64,000 nucleotides of DNA, taken from the NCBI RefSeq assembly GCF_009914755.1, contig NC_060933.1. The stretch is one strand, 5' to 3'. The stretch comes from the human T2T-CHM13v2.0 reference genome, Homo sapiens. Below, one piece after another: positions 30,240 to 44,299 of the stretch. The notes under the pieces were generated by a model, which saw only the letters and a program-made list of their open reading frames with translations, did not search any database and had not been told where the DNA came from. Position 1 is the first letter of the stretch. Every line of letters starts with the position of its first letter. The position numbers and the translations under genes were made by a program.

Positions 30240-31195
30240 GAATGGAATCAACCCGAGTGCAATGGAATTGATTCGAATGGAATGGAATGCAATGGAATGG
30301 ATTCAAGAAGAATGGAATAGAAAGGAATGGAATCAAACCGAGTGTAATGGCATGGAATGGAATGGAATGGAATGGGATGGAATGGAATGGTACGGAATAG
30401 AATGGAATGGAATGAAATGGAATGGAATGGAATGGAATGAAATGGAATGGAATGGAATGGAATGAACCCGTGTGCTATGGAATGGAATGGAATGGAATGG
30501 AATGGATTCAACTCGAATGGAATCAACTCGATTGCAATGGAATGGAATGGAATGGAATGGATTCAACTCGAATGGAATCAACTTGATTGCAATGGAATGG
30601 AATGGAATGGAAAGGAATAGAATGGAATCAACACGAGTGGAATGAAATGGAAAGGACTGGAATGGAGTGGAATGGAATGGAATGGAATTAACCCGAATAG
30701 AATGGAATGGAATGGAATGGAACGGAATTTAATTGAATGGAATGGAATGGAATCAACCCGAGTGCTGGGGAATGGAATGGAATGGAATGCAATGGAATGG
30801 AATCATCCGAAATGGAATGGAATGGAATGGAATGGAATGGAATGGAATGGAATGGAATGGAATGGAATCAACTCGATTTCAATGGAATGGAATGGAATAG
30901 AAAGGAATGGAATTAACACGAATACAAAGGAATGGAATGGAATGGAATGGAACAGAAAGGAATGGAATGGAATGGAATGGAATCAACCCAAGTGCAGGGG
31001 AATGGAATGGAATGGAATTCAATGGAATGGAATCATCCGGAATGGAATGGAATGGAGTGGAATGGAATGGAATCAACCCGAGTGCAATGGAATGGAGAGG
31101 AATGGAATGGAATGCAATGGAAACTACCCGAATCGAATGGAGTGTAATGGAGTGTAAGGGAATTGAATAGAATCAATCCGAATGTAATGGAATGG
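30240..31195 (+). repeat. Block D', a copy of 20310-21265
   Basis: Same markers as block D at offset 9930. Confidence 0.92.
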
Positions 31196-32189
31196 AATGG
31201 AACGGAATGGAATGGAATGGAATGGAATGGAATGGAATGCAATCAACCCGACTGCAGGGGAATGGAATGGAATGGAATGCAATGGAATGGAATCATCCGG
31301 AACGGAATGCAATGGAATGGAATGGAATCAACTCGATTGCAATGGAATGCAATGGAATGGAATGGAATGGAATGGAGTTAACCCGAATAAAATGGAATGG
31401 AATGGAATGGAATGCAATGGAAGGGAATGGAATGGAATGTAATCAACCCGAGTGCAGGGGAATGGAATGGAATGCAATGGAAAGGAATCATCCGTAATGG
31501 AATGGAATGGAATGGAATGGAATGGAATGGAATGCAATGGAATGGAATCAACCCGAGTACAATGGAAAGGAATGGAATGGAATGGAATGGAAAGGAATGG
31601 AATGCAATGCAATGGATTCAACTCGATTGCAATGGAATGGAATAGAATGGAATGGAATGGAATGGAATGGAATTAACCCAAATAGTATGGAATGGAATGG
31701 AATGGAAAGCAATGGAATGGAATGGAATGGAATGGAATGGAATGGAATGGAATGGAATGGAATGGTATGGAATGGAATGGAATGGAATGCTACGGAATAG
31801 AATGGAATGGAAAGAATTGGAATGGAATGGAATCGAATGGAATGGAATGCAATGGAATAGAATCAACCCGAGTGCAGGGGAATGAAATGGAATGCAATGC
31901 AATGGAATGGAATCATCCGAAATGGAATGGAATGGAATGGAATGGAATGGAATGGAATGGAATGGAATCAACCCGAGTGCAATGGAATGGAGTGGAATGG
32001 AATGGAATGGAAAGAAACAACCCGAATGGAATGGAATGTATTGGAGAGTAAGGGAGTTGAATAGAATCAATCCGAATGTAATGGAATGGAATGGAACGGA
32101 ATGGAATGGAATGGAATGGAATGCAATGGAATGGAATGCAATGGAATGGAATGCAATGGAATGGAATGGAATGGAATGGAATGGAATGG

Positions 32190-32870
32190 AATGGAAAGGA
32201 ACTGAATGGAATGGAATGACTTCAAACCGAATGGAATGGAATGGAATGGAATGGTACGGAATAGAATGGAATGGAACGAAATGGAATGGAATGGAATGGA
32301 ATGGAATGGAATGGAATGGAATGGAATCGTTCCGAGTGGAATAGGAGGGAATGTATTCGAGTGGAATGGAAAGGAATGGAATCAACCAGAGTGGAATGGA
32401 AGGGAATGGAATGGAATGGAAACTAATAGAGTGGAATCAACCCGAGTGGAATGGAATGGAAAGGACTGAATGGAATGGAATGGAATGGAATGGAATGGAA
32501 TGGAAAGGAATTGAATGGAATGGAATGACTTCAAACCGAATGGAATGGAAAGGAATGGAATCAACACGAGTGGAATGGAATGGAATGGAATGGAATGGAA
32601 CGGAATGGAGTGGAATCGTACGGAATAGAATGGAATGGAACGAAATGCAATGGAATGGAATGGAATGGAATGGAATGGAATGGAATCGTTCCGAGTGGAA
32701 TAGGAGGAAATGTTTTCGAGTGGAATGGTATGGAATGGAATCAACCAACGTGGAATGGAAGGGAATGGAATGGAATGGAAACTAATAGAATGGAATCAAC
32801 CCGAGTGGAATGGAATGGAAAGGACTGAATGGAATGGAATGGAATGGAATGGAATGGAATGGAATGGAAT
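32190..32870 (+). repeat. Local ~310-360 bp tandem duplication
   Basis: ATGACTTCAAACCGA at 32216/32525, CGTTCCGAGT at 32328/32687, and a shared 1-bp deletion AAGGACTGAAT at 32461/32820. Confidence 0.8.
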
Positions 32871-35599
32871 CAACTCGATTGTAATGGAATGGAATGTTAT
32901 GGAATGGAATGGAATGAATGGAATTAACCCGAATACAATGGAATGGAATGGAATGGAACGGAATGGAGTGGAATGGAATGGAATCAATCCGAGAGCAGGG
33001 GAATGGAAAGGAATGGAATGCAATGGAAAGGAATCATCCGGAATGGAATGGAAAGGAATGGAATGGAATCAACCCGAGTGGAATGGAATGGAAAGGACTG
33101 GAATGGAGTGGAATGAAATGGAATGGAATGGAATGGAATCAACTCAATTGGAATGGAAGGAATGGAATGGAATGGAATGGAATGGAATGGAATTAACCCG
33201 AATAGAATGGAATGGAATGGAATGGAATGGAACGGAATGGAATGGAATGGAATGGAATGGAATCAACCCGACTGCAGGGGAATGGAATGGAATGGAATGC
33301 AATGGAATGGAATCATCCGGAACGGAATGGAATGGAATGGAATGCAATCAACTCGATTGCAATGGAATGGAATGGAATGGAATGGAATGGAATTAACCCG
33401 AATAGAATGGAATGGAATGGAATGGAATGGAAAGGAATGGAAGGGAATGGAATGGAATGTAATCAACCCGAGTGCAGGGGAATGGAATGGAATGGAATGC
33501 AATGGAATGGAATCACCCGGAATGGAATGGAATGGAAAGGAATGCAATCAACCCGATGCAATGGAATGGAGTGGAATGGAATGGAATGGAATGGAATGGA
33601 ATCAACTCGATTGCAATCGAATGGAATAGAATGGAATGGAATCAACTCGAATGCAATCGAATGGAATGGAATGGAATTAACCCGAATAGAATGGAATGGA
33701 ATGGAATGGAACGGAACGGAACGGAACGGAATGGAATGGAATGGAATGGAATGGAACGGAACGGAACGGAACGGAATGGAATGGAATGGAATGGAATTAA
33801 CGCGAGTGCAGGGGAATGGAATGGAATGGAATGCAATGGAATGGAATCTTCCGGAATGGAATGGAATGGAATGGAATGGAATGGAATGGAATGGAATCAT
33901 CCGTAATGGAATGGAAAGGAATGGAATGGAATGGAATGGAATGGAATGGAATGGAATGGAATGGAATGGAATGGAATGCAATGGTACGGAATAGAATGGA
34001 ATGGAAATAATTAGAAAGGAATGGAATCGAATGGAATGGAATGGAATGGAATGGAATCAACCTGAGTACAGGGGAATGTAATGGAACGGAATGCAATGGA
34101 ATGGAAGCATCCGGAATGGAATGGAATGGAATGGAATGGAATGGAATGGAATGGAATGGAATCAACACGAGTGCAATGGAATCGAGTGGAATGGAATGGA
34201 ATGGAATGGAACAACCCGAATGGAATGGAATGTAATGGACAGTAAGGGAGTTGAATAGAATCAATCCGAATGTAATGGAATGGAATGGAACGGAATGGAA
34301 TGGAATGGAATGGAATGCAATGGAATGGAATCAACCCGAGTACAATGGAATGGAATGGAATGGAATGGAATGGAATGGAATCAACCCGAGTGCGATGGAA
34401 TGGAGAGGAATGGAATGGAATGGAATGGAAACTACCCGAATGTAATGGAATGTAATGGAGTGTAAGGGAATTGAATAGAATCAATCCGAATGGAATGGAA
34501 TGGAATGGAACGGAATGGAATGGAAGGGAATGGAATGGAATCAACCCGAGTGCAGGGGAATGGAATGGAATGGAATGCAATGGAATGGAATCATCCGAAA
34601 TGGAATGGAATGGAATGGAATGGAATGGAATGGAATGGAATGGAATGGAATCGTTCCGAGTGGAATAGGAGGGAATGTATTCGAGTGGAATTGAAAGGAA
34701 TGGAATCAACCAGAGTGGAATGGAATGGAATGGAATGGAATGGAATTGAATGGAATGGAATGCAATGGAATGGAATCAACCCGAGTACAATGGAATGGAA
34801 TGGAATGGAATGGAATGGAATGGAATGGAATGGAATGGAATGGAATGGAATGGAATGGAATGGAATCAACTCGATTGCAATCGAATGGAATGGAATGGAA
34901 TTAACCCGAATAGAATGGAATGGAAGGGAATGGAACGGAACGGAATAGAATGGAATGGAATGGAATGGAATGGAACGGAAAGGAATGGAATGGAATGGAA
35001 TGGAATGGAATGGAATGGAATGGAATCAACGCGAGTGCAGAGGAATGGAATGGAATCTAATGGAATGGAATGGAATCAACCGGAGTGCAGGGGAATGTAA
35101 TGGAACGGAATGCAATGGAATGGAATCATCCGGAATGGAATGGAATGGAATGGAATGGAATGGAATGGAATGGAATGGAGTGGAACAACCCGAATGGAAT
35201 GGAATGTAATGGAGAGTAAGGGAGTTGAATAGAATCAATCCTAATATAATGGAATGGAATGCAACGGAATTGAATGGAATGGAATGGAATGGAATGGAAT
35301 GGAATGGAATGGAATGGAATCAACCCGAGTACAATGGAATGGAATGGAATGGAATGGAATTTAATGGAATGGAATGGAATGGAATGGAATGGAATGGAAT
35401 GGAATGGAAATGAATGGAATGGAATCAAGCCAAGTGCAATGGAATGGAGAGGAATGGAATGGAAAGGAATGGAATGGAAAGGAATTGAATGGAATGGAAT
35501 GACTTCAAACAGAATGGAATGGAAAGGAATGGAATCAACACGAGTGGAATGGAATGGAATGGAATGGGGTGGTATGGAATGGAATGGAATGGAACAACC

Positions 35600-36220
35600 C
35601 GAATGGAATGGAATGTAATGGAGAGTAAGGGAGTTGAATAGAATCAATCCGAATGTAATGGAATGGAATGCAACGGAATGGAATGGAATGGAAAGCAATG
35701 GAATGGAATGCAAAGGAATGGAATCAACCCGAGTGGAATGGCATGGAATGGAATGCAATGGATTGGAATGGAGTGGAATCAACTCGAGTGGAAAGGAATG
35801 GAATGGAAGGGAAAGGAATGGAATGAAGTCAACTCGAGTGGAATGGAATGGAATGGAATGGATTGGAATGGATTGCAATGGAATGAAATGGAATGGAATG
35901 GAATGGAATCAATCATTCCGAGTGGAATGGAAGGGAATGTAATGGAGTGGAAAGAAGGGAATGGAATCAACCCGAGTGGAATGCAAGGCAATGGAATGGA
36001 ATGGAAAGGAATGGAATGGAATCAACTCGATTGCAATGGAATGGAATGGAATGGAATGGAATGGAATGGAATGGAATGGAATTAACCGGAATAGAATGGA
36101 ATGGAATGGAATGGAACGGAATGGAATGGAATGGAAGGGAATGGAATCAACACGAGTGCAGGGGAATGGAAAGGAATGGAATGCAATGGAATGGAATCAT
36201 CCGGAATGGAATGGAAAGGA
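35600..36220 (+). repeat. Rare diverged module, second copy at ~52700-53320 (offset 17112)
   Basis: GAAGTCAACTCGAG at 35825/52937, followed by AATCAATCATT(C/T)CGAGT, GGAGTGGAAAGAAGGG and GCAAGGCAAT. I saw this combination only at these two places. Confidence 0.88.
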
Positions 36221-38399
36221 ATGGAATGGAATTAAACCGAATAGAATGGAATGGAATGGAATGGAATGGAATTAAACCGAATAGAATGGAATGGAATGGA
36301 ATGGAACGGAACGGAACAGAACGGAGTGGAATGGAAAGGAATGGAATTGTATGGAATGGAATGGCATGGTACGGAATACAATGGAATGGAAAGAATTGGA
36401 ATGGAATGGAATCGAATGGAATGGAATGGAATGGAATGGAATCAACCCGAGTGCAGGGGAATGTAATGGAACGGAATGCAATGGAATGGAATCATCCGGA
36501 ATGGAATGGAATGGAGTGGAATGGAATGGAATGGAATGGAATGGAATCAACCCGAGTGCAATGGAATGGAGTGGAACGGAATGGAATGGAATGGAACAAC
36601 CCGACTGGAATGGAATGTAATGGAGAGTAAGGGAGTTGAATAGAATCAATCCGAATGTAATGGAATGGAACGGAATGGAATGGAATGGAATGGAATGCAA
36701 TGCAATGGAATGGAATCAACCCGAGTACAATGGAATGGAATGGAATGGAATGGAATGGAATGGAATGGATTGGAATACCTTCAAACCGAATGGAATGGAA
36801 AGGAATGGAATCAACACGAGTGGAATGGAATGGAATGGAATGGAATGGAATGGCATGGAATGGAATGGAATGATACGGAATAGAATGGAATGGAACGAAA
36901 TGGAATGGAATGGAATGGAATGGAATGGAATGGAATGGAATGGAATCGTTCCGAGTGGAATAGCAGGGAATGTATTCGAGTGGAATGGAAAGGAATGGAA
37001 TCAACCAGAGTAGAATGGAAGGGAATGGAATGGAATGGAAACTAATAGAATGAAATCAACCCGAGTGGAATGGAATGGAAAGGACTGGAATGGAAAGGAA
37101 TGGAATGGAATGGAATGGAATGGAATGGAATGGAATGGAATGGAATCAACGCGAGTGCAGGGGAATGGAATGGAATCGAATGGAATGGAATGGAATGGAA
37201 TAGAATCAACCCGAGTGCAGGGGAATGTAATGGAACGGAATGCAAAGGAATGGAATCATCCGGAATGGAATGGAATGGAATGGAATGGAATGGAATCAAC
37301 CCGAGTGCAATGGAATGGAGTGGAATGGAATGGAATGAAATGGAACAACCCGAATGGAATGGAATGTAATGGAGAGTAAGGGAGTTGAAAAGAATCAATC
37401 AGAATGTAATGGAATGGAATGGAACGGAATGGAATGGAATGGAATGGAATGGAATGGAATGGAATGGAATGGAAAGCAATGGAATGGAATCAACCCGAGT
37501 ACAAAGGAATGGAATGGAATGGAATGGAATGGAATGGAATGGAATGGAATGCAATGGAATGGAATCTTCCGGAATGCAATGGAATGGAATGGAATGGAAT
37601 GGAATGCAATGGATTCAACTCGATTGCAATGGAATGGAATAGAATGGAATGGAATGGAATGGAATGGAATTAAACCGAATAGAATGGAATGGAATGGAAT
37701 GGAACGGAACGGAACAGAACGGAGTGGAATGGAAAGGAATGGAATTGTATGGAATGGAATGGCATGGTACGGAATACAATGGAATGGAAAGAATTGGAAT
37801 GGAATGGAATTGATTGGAATGGAATGGAATGGAATGGAATCAACCCGAGTGCAGGGGAATGTAATGGAACGGAATGCAATGGAATGGAATCATCCGGAAT
37901 GGAATGGAATGGAATGGAATGGAATGGCATCAACCCGAGTGCAATGCAATGGAGTGGAATGGAATGGAATGGAATGGAATAACCAGAATGGAATGGAATG
38001 TAATGGAGAGTAAGGGAGTTGAATAGAATCAATCCGAATGTAATGGAATGGAATAGAACGGAATGGAATTGAATGGAATGGAATGGAATGCAATGGATTG
38101 GAATCAACCCGAGTGCAATGGAAAGGAGAGGAATGGAATGGAATGGAATGGAAACTACCCGAATGGAATGGAATGTAATGGAGTGTAAGGGAATTGAATA
38201 GAATCAATCCGAATGTAATGGAATGGAATGGAACGGAATGGAATGGAATGGAATGGAATGGAATGGAATCAACCCGAGTGCAATCGAATGGAATCGAATG
38301 GAATGGAATGCAATGGAATGGATTCAACTTGAATGGAATGGAAAGAATGGAATCAACACGAGTGGAATGGCATGGATTGGAATGGAATGGAATGGAATC

Positions 38400-41300
38400 A
38401 ACCCGAGTACAGGGGAATGGAATGGAATGGAATGCAATGGAATGGAATCATCCGTAATGGAATGGAAAGGAATGGAATGGAATGGAATGGAATGGAATGG
38501 AATGGAATGGAATGGAATCAACTCGATTGCAATCGAATGGAATGGATTGGAATTAACCCGAATAGAATGGAATGGAATGGAATGGAACGGAACGGAATGG
38601 AATGGAATGGAAAAGAATGGAATTGAACGGAACGGAATGGAATGGAATGGAATGGAATGGAATGGAATGGAATCAACGCGAGTGCAGGGGAATGGAATGG
38701 AATGGAATGCAATGGAATGGAATCTTCCGGAATGGAATGGAATGGAATGGAATGGAATGAAATGCAATGGATTCAACTCGATTGCAAAGGAATGGAATAG
38801 AATGGAATGGAATGGAATGGAATGGAATTAATCCGAATAGAATGGAATGGAATGGAATGGAACAGAATGGAACGGAATGGAATGGAATGGAATGGCATGG
38901 AATGCTATGGAATGGAATGGAATGGTACGGAATAGAAAGGAATGGAACGAATTGTAATGGAATGGAATTGAATGGAATGGAATGGAATGGAATGGAATCA
39001 ACGCGAGTGCAGGGGAATGTAATGGAAAGGAATGCAATGGAATGGAATCATCCGGAATGGAATGGAATGGAATTTAATGGAATGGAATGGAATTAACCCT
39101 AGTGCAATGGAATGTAGTGGAATGGAATGGAATGGAATGGAACAACCCGAATGGAATGGAATGTAATGGAGAGTAAGGGAGTTGAATAGAATCAATCCGA
39201 ATGTAATGGAATGGAATGCAACGGAATGGAATGGAATGGAATGGAATGGAATGCAATGGAATGGAATCAACCCGAGTACAATGGAATGGAATGGAATGAA
39301 ATGGAATTTAATGGAATGGAATGGAATGGAATGGAATGATACGGTATAGAATGGAATGGAACGAAATGGAATGGAATGGAATGGAATGGAATGGAATGGA
39401 ATGGAATCGTTCCGAGTAGAATAGGAGGGAATGTTTTCGAGTGGAATGGAAAGGAATGGAATCAACCAGAGTGGAATGGAAGGGAATGGAATGGAATGGA
39501 AACTAATAGAATGGAATCAACCCGACTGGAATGGAATGGAAAGGACTGGAATGGAATGGAATGGAATGCAATCAACTCGATTGTAATGGAATGGAATGAA
39601 ATGGAATGGAATGGAATGGAATGGAATGGAATGGAATTAACCCGAATACAATGGAATGGAATGAAATGGAACGGAATGGAGTGGAATGGAATGGAATCAA
39701 CCCGAGTGGAGGGGAATGGAATGGAATGGAATGCAATGGAATGGAATCATCCGGAATGGAATGGAATGGAATGGAATGCAAAGCAATGGAATCAACTCGA
39801 TTGGAATGGAATGGAATGGAATGGAAAGGAATACATTGGAATCAACCCGAGTGGAATGGAATGGAAAGGACTGGAATGGAGTGGAATGGAATGGAATGGA
39901 ATGGAATGGAATGGAATGGAATGGAATCAACTCGATTGGAATGGAATGGAATGGAATGGAATGGAATGGAATTAACCCGAATAGAATGGAATGGAATGGA
40001 ATGGAATGGAACGGAATGGAATGGAATGGAATGGAATGGAATGGAATGGAATGGAATCAACCCGACTACAGGGGAATGGAATGGAATGGAATGCAATGGA
40101 ATGGATTCAACTTGAATGGAATGGAAAGAATGGAATCAACACGAGTGGAATGGCATGGATTGGAATGGAATGGAATGGAATCAACCCGAGTACAGGGGAA
40201 TGGAATGGAATGGAATGCAATGGAATGGAATCATCCGTAATGGAATGGAAAGGAATGGAATGGAATGGAATGGAATGGAATGGAATGGAATGGAATCAAC
40301 TCGATTGCAATCGAATGCAATGGAATGGAATTAACCCGAATACAATGGAATGGAATGGAATGGAACGGAACGGAACGGAACGGAACGGAACGGAACGGAG
40401 TGGAATGGAATGGAATGGAATTGTATGGAATGGAATGGCATGGTACGGAATAGAATGGAATGGAAAGATTTGGAATGGAATGGAATCGAATGGAATGGAA
40501 TGGAATGGAATGGAATCAACCCGAGTGCAGGGGAATGTAATGGAACGGAATGCAATGGAATGGAATCATCCGGAATGGAATGGAATGGAATGGAATGGAA
40601 TGGAATGCAATGGAATCAACCCGAGTGCAATGGAATGGAGTGGAATGGAATGGAATAGAATGGAACAACCCGAATGCAATGGAATGTAATGGAGACTAAG
40701 GGAGTTGAATAGAATCAATCCGAATGTAATGCAATGGAACGGAATGGAATGGAATGGAATGGAATGGAATGGAATGGAATGCAATGGAAGGGAATCAACC
40801 CGAGTACAATGGAATGGAATGGAATGGAATGGAATGGAATGGAATGGAATGGAATGCAATGGAATGGAATCTTCCGGAATGGAATGGAATGGAATGGAAT
40901 GGAATGGAATGGAATGCAATGGATTCAACTCGATTGCAATGGAATGGAATAGAATGGAATGGAATGGAATGGAATGGAATGGAATTAAACCGAATAGAAT
41001 GGAATGGAATGGAATGGAACGGAACAGAACGGAACGGAACGGAACGGAGTGGAATGGAATGGAATGGAATTGTATGGAATGGAATGGAATGGTACGGAAT
41101 AGAATGGAATGGAAAGAATTGGAATGGAATGGAATCTAATGGAATGGAATGGAATGGAATCAACCCGAGTGCATGGGAATGTAATGGAACGGAATGCAAT
41201 GGAATGGAATCATCCGGAATGGAATGGAATGGAATGGAATGGAATGGAATCAACCTGAGCGCAATGGAATGGAGTGAAATGGAATGGAATGGAATGGAGA

Positions 41301-43600
41301 CAACCAGAATGGATTGGAATATAATGGAGTGTAAGGGAATTGAATAGAATCAATCTGAATGTAATGAAATGGAATGGAACGGAACGGAATGGAATGGAAT
41401 GGAATGGAATCAACCCGAGTACAGGGGAATGGAATGGAATGGAATGCAATGGAATGGAATCATCCGTAATGGAATGGAAAGGAATGGAATGGAATGGAAT
41501 GGAATGGAATGGAATGGAATGGAATGGAATCAACTCGATTGCAATCGAATGGAATGGAATGGAATTAACCCGAATAGACAGGAATGGAATGGAACGGAAC
41601 GGAACGTAATGGAATGGAATGGAATGGAATGGAACGGAACGGAATGGAATGGGATGGAATGGAATGGAATGGAATCAACGCGAGTGCAGGGGAATGGAAT
41701 GGAATGGAATGCAAAGGAATGGAATCTTCCGGAATGGAATGGAATGGAATGGAATGGAATGAAATGCAATGGATTCAACTCGATTGCAATGGAATGGAAT
41801 AGAATGGAATGGAATGGAATGGAATGGAATTAATCCAAATAGAATGGAATGGAATGGAATGGAACGGAATGGAACGGAATGGAATGGAATGGAATGGAAT
41901 GGAATGGTATGGAATGGAATGGAATGGTACGGAATAGAATGGAATGGAACGAATTGTAATGGAATGGAATTGAATGGAATGGAATGGAATGGAATGGAAT
42001 CAACGCGAGTGCAGGGGAATGTAATGGAAAGGAATGCAATGGAATGGAATCATCCGGAATGGAATGGAATGGAATGGAATGGAATGGAATGGAATCAACC
42101 CGAGTGCAATGGAATGGAGTGGAATGGAATGGAATGGAATGGAACAACCCGAATGGAATGGAATGTAATGGAGAGTAAGGGAGTTGAATAGAATCAATCC
42201 GAATGTAATGGAATGGAATGCAACGGAATGGAATGGAATGGAATGGAATGGAATGCAATGGAATGGAATCAACCCGAGTACAATGGAATGGAATGGAATG
42301 GAATGGAATTTAATGGAATGGAATGGAATGGAATGGAATGATACGGAATAGAATGGAATGGAACGAAATGGAATGGAATGGAATGGAATGGAATGGAATG
42401 GAATGGAATCGTTCCGAGTGGAATAGGAGGGAATGTTTTCGAGTGGAATGGAAAGGAATGGAATCAACCAGAGTGGAATGGAAGGGAATGGAATGGAATG
42501 GAAACTAATAGAATGGAATCAACCCGACTGGAATGGAATGGAAAGGACTGGAATGGAATGGAATGGAATGGAATCAACTCGATTGTAATGGAATGGAATG
42601 GAATGGAATGGAATGGAATTAACCCGAATACAATGGAATGGAATGGAATGGAACGGAATGGAGTGGAATGGAATGGAATCAACCCGAGAGGATGGGAATG
42701 GAATGGTATGGAATGCAATGGAATGGAATCATCCGGAATGGAATGGAATGGAATGGAATGCAAAGCAATGGAATCAACTCGATTGCAATGGAATGGAATG
42801 GAATGGAAAGGAATACATTGGAATCAACCGGAGTGGAATGGAATGGAAAGGACAGGAATGGAGTGGAATGGAATGGAATGGAATGGAATGGAATCAACTC
42901 GATTGGAGTGGAATGGAATTGAATGGAATGGAATGGAATCAACTCGATTGGAATGGAATGGAATGGAATGGAATGGAATGGAATTAACCCGAATAGAATG
43001 GAATGGAATGGAATGGAATGGAACGAAATGGAATGGAATGGAATGGAATGGAATGGAATGGAATGGAATGGAATCAACCCGACTACAGGGGAATGGAATG
43101 GAATGGAATGCAATGGAATGGATTCAACTTGAATGGAATGGAAAGAATGGAATCAACACGAGTGGAATGGCATGGATTGGAATGGAATGGAATAGAATCA
43201 ACCCGAGTACAGGGGAATGGAATGGAATGGAATGCAATGGAATGGAATCAACCGTAATGGAATGGAAAGGAATGGAATGGAATGGAATGGTATGGAATGG
43301 AATCAACTCGATTGCAATCGAATGGAATGGAATGGAATTAACCCGAATAGAATGGAATGGAATGGAATGGAACGGAACGGAACGGAACGGAGTGGAATGG
43401 AATGGAATGGAATTGTATGGAATGGAATGGCATGGTACGGAATAGAATGGAATGGAAATAATTGGAATGGAATGGAATCGAATGGAATGGAATGGAATGG
43501 AATGGAATCAACCCGAGTGCAGGGTAATGTAATGGAACGGAATGCAATGGAATGGAATCATCCGGAATGGAATGGAATGCAATGGAATGGAATCAACCAG
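38400..43600 (+). repeat. ~3.0 kb-period tandem duplication (38400-40600 vs 41410-43600)
   Basis: Offset 3002 for GAATTTAATGG 39304/42306, ATGTTTTCGA 39431/42433 and CCCGACTGGA 39521/42523; CCCGACTACAGGGG at 40061/43078. Confidence 0.85.
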
Positions 43601-44299
43601 AGTGCAATGGAATGGAGAGGAATGGAATGGAATGGAATGGAAACTACCCGAATGGAATGGAATGTAATGGAGTGTAAGGGAATTGAATAGAATCAATCCG
43701 AATGGAATGGAATGGAATGGAACGGAATGTAATGGAATGGAATGGAATGGAATCAACCCGAGTGAAGGGGAATGGAATGGAATGGAATGCAATGGAATGG
43801 AATCATACGGAATGGAATGGAATGGAATGCAGTGGAATGGAATGGAATGGAATCAACCCGAGTGCAATGGAATGGAGTGAAATGGAATGGAATGGAATGG
43901 AAACAACCAGAATGGATTGGAATATAATGGAGTGTAAGGGAATTGAATAGAATCAATCTGAATGTAATGAAATGGAATGGAACGGAATGGAATGTAATGG
44001 AATGGAATGGAATGCAATGGAATGGAATCAACCCGAGTGCAATCGAATGGAATCGAATGGAATGGAATGCAGTGGAATGGATTCAACTTGAATGGAATGG
44101 AAAGAATGGAATCAATAGGAGTTGAATGGCATGGATTGGAATGGAATCGAATGGAATCAACCCGAGTATAGGGGAATGGAATGGTATGGAATGCAATGGA
44201 ATGGAATCATCCGTAATGGAATGGAAAGGAATGGAATGGAATGGAATGGAATGGAATGGAATGGAATCAACTCGATTGCAATCGAATGGAATGGAATGG

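Noticed and set aside
35914-35919. CATTCC on the + strand, a possible inversion breakpoint
   Set aside because: A single hexamer best explained as a CpG-decayed CGTTCCGAGT module; both flanks stay in GGAAT orientation.
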